Positions 39,003-51,300 of a stretch of 64,000 nucleotides of DNA are shown here, piece after piece (position 1 is the stretch's first letter; every line of letters begins with the position of its first letter). Below the pieces are notes generated by a model. The model saw nothing but the letters and a program-made list of their open reading frames with translations, was not told the origin of the DNA and ran no database searches. The DNA comes from Octopus vulgaris (Eukaryota): contig OX597836.1 in NCBI GenBank assembly GCA_951406725.2, positions 42,408,001 through 42,472,000 of the forward strand, read 5' to 3'. Position numbers and translations under genes: made by a program.

Positions 39003-39589
39003 TGTAGCGGGTATGATTCTTGGCCACTACTTCTGGTCTGATCTGAGGGTAGCCCTTAAAAGGACGGTTATCGCAATTAGATCCGATCCAAGAATAGTCC
39101 TAAAAAGCACTGTTATCGTAATTAGATCGGATCTGAGAGTAATCCTAAAAAGGACTGTTATCGCATTCAGATCAGACTTGAATTAGCCCTGAGAAGGACT
39201 GTGGTCGTAATCAGCAAAACTGGACAGACGAAAGCAGTAGTTGAAAGGACGAGCAGACAAGAGGTGTAAGTTTATACAGCGATTTATTTCAGGCGTGAAA
39301 TAGCAGTACAAATGTTCGAGGTGGCGTGAGTGGCGAGCGTGGCAGGCGAGAGGGACACAATTTACATCAGTCGAGTGCCAAAAATCCAACTACCTTTACA
39401 GCGATTTATCATGTCTATTTATACAAAAATATCAGCAGTGATGTTTAGCCAGTGTCCAATAGAATGGCAGGTAGGTAGCTTTTGTCCAATGAAAGATCAG
39501 GCAAGTCGCTGGAGGTAGTTGCTTTGTTTTCTCTGGTGATGGCAGATGTATTTCCGGTGTCCGTGCAAATTACTTCCGGTGACTGTACA
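39003..39589 (-). repeat. 3' LTR
   Basis: TG...CA termini; preceded on the minus strand by the purine-rich tract GGCAGGGGG. Confidence 0.93.
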
Positions 39590-40309
39590 TAGCCCCCTGC
39601 CAGATCTTTTGTACAACAAAAGAGCGACAAATCGTACAGTGATGAGTCAGAGAAAAGAAAATATATATATATATAAACAGATAAAAATGAACTACAAAAT
39701 GATGAATGAGCCTGTTGGATTTGGGTTGATCTGCCTGTGGATTGCGTGACAAAAAGTCCCACGGGCAGAGAAACTACCAGTAGTAAATAATTTAAGGCGG
39801 CGAGCTGGCAGAAACGTTAGCATGCCGGGCGAAATGCTTGGCGGTATTTCGCCTGCCGCTACGTTCTGAGTTCAAATTCCGCCGAGGTCGACTTTGCCTT
39901 TCATCCTTTCGGGGTCGATAAATTAAGTACCAGTTACGCACTGGGGTCGATGTAATCGACTTAATACCTATGTCTGTCCTTGTTTGTCCCCTCTATGTTT
40001 AGCCCCTTGTGGGTAGTAAAGAAATAGGTAATAAATAATGTTTTTAATAGATAATGTTTTTCGTGACAATGACAACATGAGCACATGGTCACTAAATGAT
40101 GCAGGAAAGATTAGAAACAAGCAATATAGGAATGTTTCGCAAGAAGCATGTTTGTGAAAACTCGGTTTTAATGATATTTCACGTATTGGGCCAACTTGGC
40201 GGGCCAATGGACACGTCGTCCACTTCTTGTGACAGGAGATGAAACAGGCGGTTTGCTGGGAATGCAAGCTGCTGGTGTCTCTGGCGTAGAAACCGTAATC
40301 GTGTCCATG

Positions 40310-43140
40310 ATGGCTTTTTTTTAATCTGTCCACACTGACAGAATTCTGTTTACCATTGATCGATGACAAAATATTTTGTTTGTGTTTCTAGGACACGATA
40401 AGGGCCAGAATATGGAGGTTGAATATTAGTGAAGATGGTGTAATTTCTAACAAAAACGTGCGTCCATTCGCTAATGTCTGCAGGAGAGATGGGAGCAACC
40501 ATCTGACCAGGTAGAACCAGGGTGGTGCCGTACACTAATTCTGCAGGTGTGTCCGAATTGTTCCTTAACGGTGGAACCGAAGCCAAGAAGGATGAGTGGC
40601 AGGTATTCAAACCAGTGGGTCTTGTCTGGGTACGCCTTTATTGCAGCTTTCAATTGACGATGGAATCTTTCCACAAGACCATTAGCTTGCGGGTGATAAG
40701 CTGTTGTGCGGATGTGTTTACATCCTAACAGACGAGTCAGTTCCCTGAAGAGATAGGAATCAACTTGGCGTCCTCTGTCCGTTGTTATATTCGCTGGGGC
40801 GCAATAACGTGATACCCAGTGTAAAACCAAAGTTTTAGCCACCGTTTCCGCTGAGGTATCACTTATAGAAAAGCCTCAGGCCAACGGGGAAAACGATCAA
40901 TGCAGGTGAGCAAGTGATTGCAGTTCTGTGATGATGGTAAAGGTACGACGATGTCGATATGCACATGCTGAAAACGTGCATCAGGTTGCGCGAATGCGCC
41001 GAGTGGCGTTTTGATGTGTCTGTGGACTTTGGCTTTCTGGCAGGCAATGCAGCTCCTGGACCAGTCGCGCACGTCCTTGTTAACGTTGGTCCACACAAAA
41101 CGAGCAGAAATGAGTTTCTGTGTAGCCCGGATTCCCGGGTGAGACAAACAGTGTAACGCAGAAAAAACTTGTTGTCGATGCATCTGGGGTACGTACGGTC
41201 GTTCATGACCAGTAGAAATGTCGCACCAAATTTGTCCCGGAGAAGAAGAAGGAATGGGAACTTGCTGAAACTTGAGGGATGGCGAATCTCGGAGTTTGAT
41301 AAACTCTTCGTCAGTCTCTTGGTCAGCTGCAATTTGATGAAGGTCGATGCCTGAATCCACATGTATTGCGTTCAGCGGGATTCGGGACAGAGCGTCAGCT
41401 GCTACGTTGTCTGATCCCTTGATATGCCGAATATCGGTTGAATATTGGGAGACAAAATCCAAGTGGCGAAGTTCTCTCGGTGAATGTCGATCCTGTTTGG
41501 TACGGAACGCATAAACTAGTGGTTTATGGTCCGTGTAGATCACGAAATCCGATCCTTCGAGCATGTGACGAAAATGCTTCACTGAAAGGTAGGTTGCCAA
41601 GAGTTCACGGCCGAACGCACTATATTTGGTTTCAGTGGGTTGCAACCGCTTAGAAAAGAAGGATAAGGGTTGCCAAACGCCGTCGACATATTGTTGCAAA
41701 ACGCCTCCAACCCCCATGTCTGATGCGTCCACTAGCAGCGAAAGAGGAGCGCCAGACCTGGGGAAAACGAGCATGGAAGCGTTTGCCAGCATTTCTTTCA
41801 GATCGTTGAAAGATGTTAATTCTTCCTCGTTCAACGTTATGTCTTCATTTTTCCGAGTCCGGTTGCGAAGAAGGTCCGTGAGGAGTCGGGCTGCGTCAGC
41901 ACAATGAGGGATAAAACGCCTATAAAAATTAACCAAACCGAGGAATTCACGTAGTTTCCGAAGTGATGTAGGTGCTGGAAAATTGCGGATAGCGTCTACT
42001 TTCTCAGGAAGTGGACGAATGCCGTCTTTATCAATCATGTGCCCGAGAAAGGAGAGTGAAGGAACGCCGAGAACGCACTTGCTTGGGTTGATGATGATGA
42101 TGATGCCGTTCTCGGCCAAACGTTGGAACAGAAGATCCAAGTGCTTCTCGTGTTCTTGCTCAGAAGTACTTGCTACTAGTACATCGTCGATATACGCGCA
42201 CACAAAAGGTAGGTCACGTAATACGGTGTCAATGAACCGTTGAAAGGTTTGTGCAGCGTTGCGCAGACCGAACGGCATTCGCAGGAATTCGAATAAACCG
42301 AACGGTGTTGTGATTGCCGTCTTTGGAATATCAGCAGGCTCCACAGGTATCTGGTTATATGCCCGCACCAAATCTATCTTAGAAAAGATGCGTGCGCCTT
42401 GCAGAGAGGCAGAAAAATCGTGCAAGTGAGGTACAGGGTAATTATCGGGCACTGTGGTATTGTTGAGTGCACGATAATCCCCACATGGTCGCCAGTCGTT
42501 CTCCGTTTTTTGGGGAACATGGTGTAGAGGTGCAGACCAGTTGCTGGAGGAAGGGCGAATGATTCCAAGGTCCAGCATGTGCTGAAATTCCTGTTTGGCG
42601 ATTCGCAATCGGTCTGGAGGCAGTCTCCTTGGTCGGGCAGCTGTGGGTGGTCCTCGTGTCTCGATGTGATGTGTGACACGATGTTTAATGGGTCCATCTC
42701 TACATACCGGGCGAGTGATGTCTGGATATTTCTGGAGAATGCTGTTGTAACGCGAAGGCTCTGACTGACAGATTACGGGGCTCACTGTCGGTTGCGTGGT
42801 AAATATACCTCTCACAGTGAGGTTTGTGGTGGTGTCAATAAGCCTCCGGTTCTTCATGTCCACCAGAAGGTTGAAGTGGTGGAGAAAATCGGCTCCTAAG
42901 ATAGGGGTCGGTAGGTCTGCCACGACGAAAATGAACTGGAAACGACGCCTCAGGCCTAGATTCAGGGTCAGTGATTTCTCACCGAAAGTCGGAATTGACG
43001 ATCGGTTCACTGCCCGCAGAAAGGACGGTGTTGGATGTCGTTTGCCCGAGACTAGTGATACAGGAATAACACTCACCTGGGCTCCTGTATCCAAGAGATA
43101 GCAGATGCCCGTCGCTTGGTCGTTAATAAAAAACAGACGA
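40310..43140 (-). pseudogene. pol: pol (protease, RT, RNase H, integrase); 743-aa ORF 40863-43094, integrase broken by frameshifts
   Basis: [38 protein letters not shown]...CIACQ, HIDIV, TTDRG, NGLVER. Confidence 0.93.
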
Positions 43141-43185
43141 TTTTTTTCTCAGTACCAGGGGTGAACGTCGTCGCTAGGCCCTGGT

Positions 43186-44045
43186 CTACCCGTTTCCCTG
43201 GGTGGTATTCAGGAAAGAGCACGGGGCTTTCCACTTAGATGACCGTGCGCCGAATTCTGCGTGATACCAGCAGATGTTGCCAGACACACGATTTTGACTG
43301 GGAGTTCTGGATCTTCGACGGTGAGTGGACTTTGATGAACTGTTGCTGCGCCGCCGGTGTGTTTCCAAGGTCCAGTTTTCTAGCTTGTTTGTGAGGGCTT
43401 TAATTTGACCAGCCTGCTCCCTGATCATAGCTCGCAGCTCTGCAATCTCGGAGGTAGAGTCTGAGGACGCTTCGAATGGGTTCGTCCGATGGTTGATTTG
43501 TGCCACAGAAGAAAAGGGGTTTGACACCTCAGCGATTCTATCTGCGACATGCGCAAGTTACTCCGGGGTTGTTGTGTCGGTGGTCGACGCCAGAATGCTC
43601 TGCATTAGTAAGGGCAGGCGCTGTAGAAAAAGCCTTTTCAGAACCTCTTCTGACAGCGGTTGGTCCTCCATCAGCTGTCTCATTTTACGCAGCAGTTGGG
43701 ACGGTTTTCTGTCCCCCAACTCTTCTGCAGACACGAGTTGGTTGAGTCGTCTCTGCTGTGATGCGGTAGTTTGCATCATTAATTCCTTGCGGAAAGCTTC
43801 GTACGACACCGTGCCTGGCGGTGCCATGACTAGGTCTCTCACCTCAGCCAATACTTCTGGTGGGACTGACCCAATGATGTGCGTGAGTTTTGCAGAGTCG
43901 TGCTTGATACTATTCGTGGCGAATTGTGCTTCTATGTGGACGAACCACAGGGCTGGGTCGCTGGACCAAAAAACGGGACCTTCATGGTTAAAGCTTCTTG
44001 CCTGGTTGGTATATCGGCCTCTGTTGTTGGTTTTGGCGTGTCCAT
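43186..44045 (-). pseudogene. gag: gag, frameshifted
   Basis: Fragments DPALWF..EAQF, ELGDRKPSQLLR and CWYHAEFGARSSKWKAPC lie in different frames. Confidence 0.85.
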
Positions 44046-44079
44046 GCTGATTCTTGATATGCTGTTCGCTTGATTCGTT

Positions 44080-44092
44080 GTCGGGGTCACCA
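44080..44092 (-). promoter_or_regulatory. Primer binding site (tRNA-Trp)
   Basis: TGGTGACCCCGAC 2 nt inside the 5' LTR, complementary to the eukaryotic tRNA-Trp 3' end GTCGGGGTCACCA. Confidence 0.88.
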
Positions 44093-44094
44093 AT

Positions 44095-44681
44095 TGTAGC
44101 GGGTACGATTCTTGGCCACTACTTCTGGTCTGATCTGAGGGTAGCCCTTAAAAGGATGGTTATCGCGATTAGACCCGATCCAAGAATAGTCCTAAAAAGC
44201 ACTGTTATCGTAACTAGATCGGATCTGAGAGTAATCCTAAAAAGGACTGTTATCGCATTCAGATCAGGCTTGAATTAGCCCTGAAAAGGACTGTGGTCGT
44301 AATCAGCAAAACTGGACAGACGAAAGCAGTAGTTGAAAGGACGAGCAGACAAGAGGTGTAAGTTTATACAGCGATTTATTTCAGGCGTGAAATAGCAGTA
44401 CAAAGGTTCGAGACGGCGTGAGTGGCGAGCGTGGCAGGCGAGAGGGAACCGATTTACATCGGTCGAGTGCCAAAAATCCAACTACCTTCACAGCGATTTA
44501 TCATGTCTATTTATACAAAAATATCAGCAGTGATGTTTAGCCAGTGTCCAATAGAATGGCAGGTAGGTAGCTTTTGTCCAATGAAAGGTCAGGCAAGTCG
44601 CTGAGGGTAGTTGCTTTGTTTTCTCTGGTGATGGCAGATGTATTTCCGGTGTCCGTGCAAGTTACTTCCGGTGACTGTACT
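44095..44681 (-). repeat. 5' LTR
   Basis: Direct repeat of 39003-39589 with ~20 mismatches by hand; minus-strand TATAAA at 44510-44515 and AATAAA at 44375-44380. Confidence 0.93.
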
Positions 44682-44892
44682 TATATATATTTCTTTACTG
44701 CCCATAAGGGGCTAAACACAGAGGGGACAAACAAGGACAGACAAACGGATTAAGTCGATTATATCGACCCCAGTGCGTATCAGGTACTTATTTAATCGAC
44801 CCCGAAATGACTATGTTTGAGATCATCTATTGAACTGACCACACCTATAATGTAGTCAATCATACCAAAGATGTAAAATCACAAACCATTCT

Positions 44893-45213
44893 TTATTCAA
44901 CAATCTTTAATCGTTGTTGAATATCGATTTCATATAAATTAGATCGCAGTCCGCAAAGTTTATGAATATAATTCTCTCGAGAACAATTAAAATAACGAAT
45001 GAAACTCTTGCAATGATGACAAATAACAGGGATTGAGTCCATGAGGAGTCCAGCCCGTTCTTCATTTTGGGTGAGTTTATGTACCAGCAGTATTTTCAAG
45101 GACTGGTACTTGGCAATAGCATCGGAATATCGTAGCTTCTGTTTCTCATGTACACTTCGTTTCAATAGTTGTCTTATTTCGTTCAAAAGATTCTCCAAAT
45201 GAATCAGCTGGTT
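44893..45213 (-). CDS. Copy B exon 10 (terminal)
   Basis: 321 nt ending in TAA, paralog of 4602-4922. Confidence 0.85.
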   Translation of the reverse strand, partial: NQLIHLENLLNEIRQLLKRSVHEKQKLRYSDAIAKYQSLKILLVHKLTQNEERAGLLMDSIPVICHHCKSFIRYFNCSRENYIHKLCGLRSNLYEIDIQQRLKIVE

Positions 45214-45239
45214 CTAGAAATAAAAAGAAAGTGAAATTA

Positions 45240-45302
<63 letters not shown>

Positions 45303-48300
45303 TTTATTTAAAGCAGCAGAAAATTCAATAAAACTTGTTACTCTGAGTTCCACGTTCCCGTTCGTCGGACAGTTTTTGCTAGAAAAAACTGTCCGATGAA
45401 CGGCAACGGGAAACTCAGAGTATCAGGTTTTGTTGAATTTTCTGCTGCTTTAAATAAAGCATATTACTCTACCACTGGTATTTGAGTACTCTTTTTTCCA
45501 CCTTGTTTCACATTTATGTGTTTACTCCGGTATATATATACAGATAAAGGGTGAAATATAATTAATTTAATAAAATCAACAAATTTCACCGAGTAGTATT
45601 TCGGTATGGAAAAGGACCATATTCGGTAAAATTATATATAATTATAACAATGAGGGTTTTTGCAACAACTTGTTGCAAAGACCCTCATTGTTATAATTAT
45701 ATATATATATATATATATAAAATTTATATATGAGGATAATATCGATATTTAAGTGTCGAAATTATCAAGTGGCCAGCATGAAAGAAATACCTTACAAAGG
45801 TAAGAAAATTTTTAACAATTAAAAATGAGGGTGTCTAAAAGACACCAACATGCCGAAATAGCAGTCGAAACTCTGACTATAAAACCACGTTAAATGTTCA
45901 TATCGCACCATGAGGTAAAGCGGAGGGACAAAACATACAAGCAAAAATTATTGAATAATTCAAGATCCAAGGATTTCTGGTTCTGCTTTAGATAAGCTTT
46001 ACCGCCATCAATTGAATATATCAAGGGTACATAGATACAGATACATATATGCACAGCAAACGATATACTTACATATACGAGCGTCGCACATACATACATA
46101 TGCACGTATGGAAACAGCCAGTCTGAATCGCCCGCCAAATCACCGCATAAGTACGATATGGCTAAAATAAGCACCGCAGTGAATATAATAACGAATTATA
46201 TAAATTTATATATGAGGATAATATCGATATTTAAGTGTTGAAATTATCAAGTGGCCAGCATGAAAGAAATACCTTACAAAGGTAAGAAAATTTTTAACAA
46301 TTAAAAATGAGGGTGTCTAAAAGACACCAACATGCCGAAATAGCAGTCGAAAGCCTGACTATAAAACCACGTTAAAACCACGTTATATATATATATATAT
46401 TATCTTCATCATCATCATTTAACGTCCGTTTCCCATGCTGGCATGGGTTGGACGGTTTGACTGAGGACTGGCAATCCTGTAGGATGCACCAGGCTCCAAT
46501 CTGATCTGGCAAGGTTTCTACAGCTGGATGCCTTTCCTAATGCTAACCACTCTGAGAGTGTAATTCATGCTTTTTATGTGCCACCAACACGGGAGCCAGT
46601 CAGGTGGCGCTGGCACTGACCACGTTTGGATGGGGCTTTTTATGTGCCACCAGCGCGGGGAGCCAATCAAGCAGCACTAGCATCGTCCTGATGCTGGAGT
46701 TGACTTTGCTCAAATCTTAGAACTGAGAAGCAGGACTGGCACCAGGTCCTATGTTCTGATGCTTTTTTTTTCCCATAAAAAAAATGGAATGTTGCATCGC
46801 TTCATATTTTCTTTTAGTTTGTCTTTGAAGAACAAGAGTGGAATTCCAACAGACTTTCCTGCTGGAAAATGGCCAAAGAGAAGTTGCTTTAGAATTCTAA
46901 TATCACTCATACACGAGAGATGATCTCATACATTCTGGAAACTACCATACCTATTTCTTTGCTACCCACAAGGGGCTAAACACAGAGAGGACAAACAAGG
47001 ACAGACAAAAGCACCTCGGTGGAATTTGAACTCAGAACGTAGCGGCAGACGAAATTCCTATTTCTTTACTACCCACAAGGGCTAAACACAGAGAGGACAA
47101 ACAAGGACAGACAAACGGATTAAGTCGATTATATCGACCCCAGTGCGTGACTGGTACTTATTTAATCGACCCCGAAAGGATGAAAGGCAAAGTCGACCTC
47201 GACGGAATTTGAACTTAGAATGTAGCGGCAGACGAAATACTGCTAAGCATTTTGCCCGGCGTGCTAACGTTTCTGCCATTGAAGTAATTGGTAGGGAGGC
47301 ACTTCACGAAACTGAGGAATTACCAAAACTAATGGAGGACCGCGATACCTGACATAATTTCTTTCTACTATAGGCACAAAGCCTGAAAACTTGGACGAAT
47401 GGTTTAGTTAATTATATTGACCCCAGTACTCAACTGGTATTCTATTGACCTTGAAAGGATGAAAGGCCAAGTCAACCTTGGTAGTATCTGAACTGAGAAC
47501 ATAAAAGAGCCAGGAGCAAAACTGGTAAGTATTTTGTCTAGCAAGGTAACGATTCTGTCAGCTTGAGGCCCTAACCTGACATATCACTATGGTTTCAAAT
47601 TTTGGCACAAGGCCAGCAATTTCAGGGGTGAGTGTAAATTACATCAACCCCAGTGCTCAACTGGTACTTATTTTCTTGACCCCCAAAAGAACAAAAGGCA
47701 AAACTGACTCCAGCAGAATTTGAACTCAGAACGTGAAGGCGGACGAAATGCCAATAACCATTTTGCCCAGCATGCTAATGATTCTACCTGTTTGACACCT
47801 TAATACAGAGAATAATATTGATTTCGCATTTTGGCACAAGGCCAGCAATTTCAACGAATCGGGTGGAAAGCTGATTACATCGACCCCACTGCTCAATTGG
47901 TTCTTATTTTATTGACCCCGAAAGGATGAAAGGTAAAACTGACATCAGCAGAATTTGAACTCAGAATGTAACGACGGACGAAAATCTGTTAAGTATTTTG
48001 CCTGGTACAGTAACGATTCTGCCAGCTTGCTCTTCTTTAGCTGACATATCATAATAAAATTCCTCACGGTAGCAGCTACTTGAAGAATGAAGAACAGATA
48101 CCAGCTCATCCTTCCATTAATCCTATGTCTCTAAACCATTTTCTGCCCTCTGGACCACTTTGGTTCCTATCTAACTCAAAGAGATCTTCTTAACCATTCA
48201 ATGTTTAAAAATACCTATTCATTTATTTTTTTTTATTCTTTTATACACTTCAACCCTAAGCTGTGGCCATGCTGGGGCACCTGGTTATTGTATTAAAAAC

Positions 48301-51300
48301 ATTCTTAAAGTATTGGGTCATCCCATAAATGAGGTTTTTTCAGTTGCATGCATTAAAAGTCAACTTCCTTTATAGCAGATAGTAATTTTACCATGTACTT
48401 ATTCTTAGTGCAAGTTTTGAAGAGTGCACTTCGATTTTAACAGTTATTTTTTCAAAGCTATAATGGAAGCGACAAAGGAGCATATTTGGCATATTTTGTT
48501 TTATGAATTCAATAAAGGCAACAATGCAACGAAAAGTGCAAGGAATATTAATACAGTATATGGGGTCATACAATAAGTGTAAGCCAGTGTCAATAGTGGT
48601 TCCTGAAATTACGAGCCGGAAACTACAACCTAGAAGATGGGCTTCATCTTGGAAGATCTGTAGAGCTCAACAAGGACAACCTGCAAACGCAGTGGAAGAA
48701 AATCCCATCGTAACTGTTGAGGAACTAGCAGAGAAGCTTGGGTTTGGTAATTCAACCATTCAACTTAAGTCAGTGTTAGAAGAAAAACGGCCATCTTTGG
48801 TTTCAAGACGGAAGTTGTAATTCCATTAGGATAATGCTTGGCTACATACGACGATGACATTTCCAAAACTGGAGCAGTTTGAATGGGAAACGATGCCCCA
48901 CCCAGAATATTCACCAGACATTGCTCCATCTGATTATCATTTATTCCACACTCTTCAAAATAATTTGGACAGGAAAAATATGAATTATGTAGACAAGTTG
49001 GTGCCCCAGCATGGCCGCGGCCTGCGGGCTAAAACAATTTTAAGGATTTAAGGATTTAAGGTCTGAACCGTACTAGAAGAGTATTTTCTTTATGGACAAA
49101 TGAATTTTGGAAAAAAGCCCTTGCAAGTCTACCAGATAAATAATGGAAGAGCATTGTAGAAAATGAAGGAGGGTAACATTTAGATTAAAAAAGATTTTAA
49201 TTATCTTAATTTTGAAAAAATAAAAGAAGTATAAAAAAACCCGCGTTATTTATGGGATGATCCAATATTTTTGTATTTTAGAAGTATAACCAATTTATCA
49301 ATCATCAATCAATCAATCATCAATCCATCAATCAACCAATCAATCAATCCATCAATTAATCCACCAATCAATCCAGTAATCGATCAAATAATCAATTCAT
49401 CATCAATCCATCAATAAATATCCATCATCAATCCATCAATCTGTCCACCATCTATCCATCAGTCAATCTATCAATCAACAATGACAACATATATGATAAT
49501 TAACCATACCTGAGGGTTTTCCAAATTGAGATAAACCATGTGTTCTAAAGCCATTGAGAGAGATGCAGCCTCTGACGAACCGCTCAACAAACGGTCACTG
49601 TAACCTTCCAGCATGTCCTTGAAACAACTCTTGGCTTTATCGAATTCCTCTTTCAGCAGATAGCAGTGCGCAATCGCATGAATGATATTCATCTTTCCGG
49701 TGTAGTTTGGGTGTATCTGGTTGTAGATATCCAAAGCCCCATGAAAATATGTCAGGCTGTTGGAGATTTCACGCCTGGAATATGATGGCCATAGTGGTTC
49801 AATGGTAAGATCGAGTCCAAAGTGGTAGTGGTGATGGTGGTGGTGGTGATGGTGGTGAAGGCAGCAGTGGTGGTGAAGATGTTAACAGTGATGGTGATGG
49901 TGATGATGGTGGTGGTGGTGGTGGTGGTGATGGTGAAGATGGTAACAGTGGTAGTGATGGCAATGGTGGTGGTTCTGGTAGTGGTGGTGGAGGTGGTGAT
50001 TGTCATGACAGTGGTGGTGGCGATGGCAGTGGTGGTAATAGCAGTTATTCAAGAAACAGGGAGAGAGAGTGAGAGAAAATTGGGGTGAAAGTGTACAACA
50101 GGGGTCGCTACTCCCCCCTCTGCCAGAGCATTGTGGAACTTTAGGTGTTTTTGCTCAATAAACACACACAACGCCCAGTCTGGGAATTGAAACCATGATC
50201 CTCCGACTATGAGTCCGCTGCCCTAACCACTGGGCCATTGCACCCCCACATATATATATATATTATAACTTAGGGTATCTACGAGATACCGGCATGCTGA
50301 AAATAGCAGCCAGGATCTGACTCTAAAACCACCTTAAGTGTTCATATAGCACAAGGAGAGAAGACGAAAGGACAAAATAAAACTAGTAAAAAATTACTGG
50401 ATAATTCCAGATCCCGGATTTCTAGAGTTAGATCCTGGCTGCTATTTTCAGCATGGTGGTATTTATATGGTTCCACAAAAGAGCTTTGCACCACCAGAAG
50501 GATCAATCTTAACACTTCTGCAGCGGAGTACGGGTATTCTTGAGTATGGCATGGTACCGGGTATCACTATGTTTAATCGAGGAAGATCTTTTACGGGTCT
50601 ACCAGGGGTATATGCTGCACATTGTACCGACCAATAATGCGCTCCTCTCTTTTAGGCCAGTCTTTTACAGTGGAATGATTCCTGTCATTGCAGCTGTTCC
50701 AAACACACTACAAGCACATATTTTTTGTATATCCCAGCTGCAGTCCTAGAAGGAGGGAAATCACCTTTAAATCAAATATTCATGTTTAAGCGTTTGTATG
50801 TAGCTACCACACATGTGGCATTAAGTATCTTATATCTTATTGACTCAATGTGGAGAATTTTGTGATTCAGGACCAACTTGAGCAGCATAAATAAAATCAT
50901 GTTTAACTCTTGGAATAATGTTTGTCTAAATTACACACAGCCTCACATTCACAATCAACCAATTACTTACATTCGCAAATACATTCAGTTAATCTGGTTG
51001 GTCAAACGAAGCTACTTCCAATCTCAAATGCACTTGACCAATGAGGCTGATCAAACCAAAGTACTTACATTCTCAGATACACAAGACCAATGTAATGCAA
51101 TACCAAGGAGGTGTCCATGTGTAGCCATCTATGCTTCTTTTGGATATCCTTGGCACTGAACAGGAGTTGAAGTGATTTACCTGGAGAAAGAAGAAGAAAT
51201 ATTAGTTACAAATTAGGGTTAGCAAGTTCAGGGGTGGTGAGTAAATCAATTACATTGACCCCAGTATATTACTGGCACCTATTTTATTGACCTCAAAATG

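Larger units (their letters stand above)
39003..44681 (-). mobile_element. Full-length Ty3/gypsy LTR retrotransposon, CsRN1-like clade
   Basis: Two ~587-bp LTRs, tRNA-Trp PBS, PPT, gag with CHCC-type motif, pol in PR-RT-RH-IN order; inserted in a (TA)n run. Confidence 0.95.
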
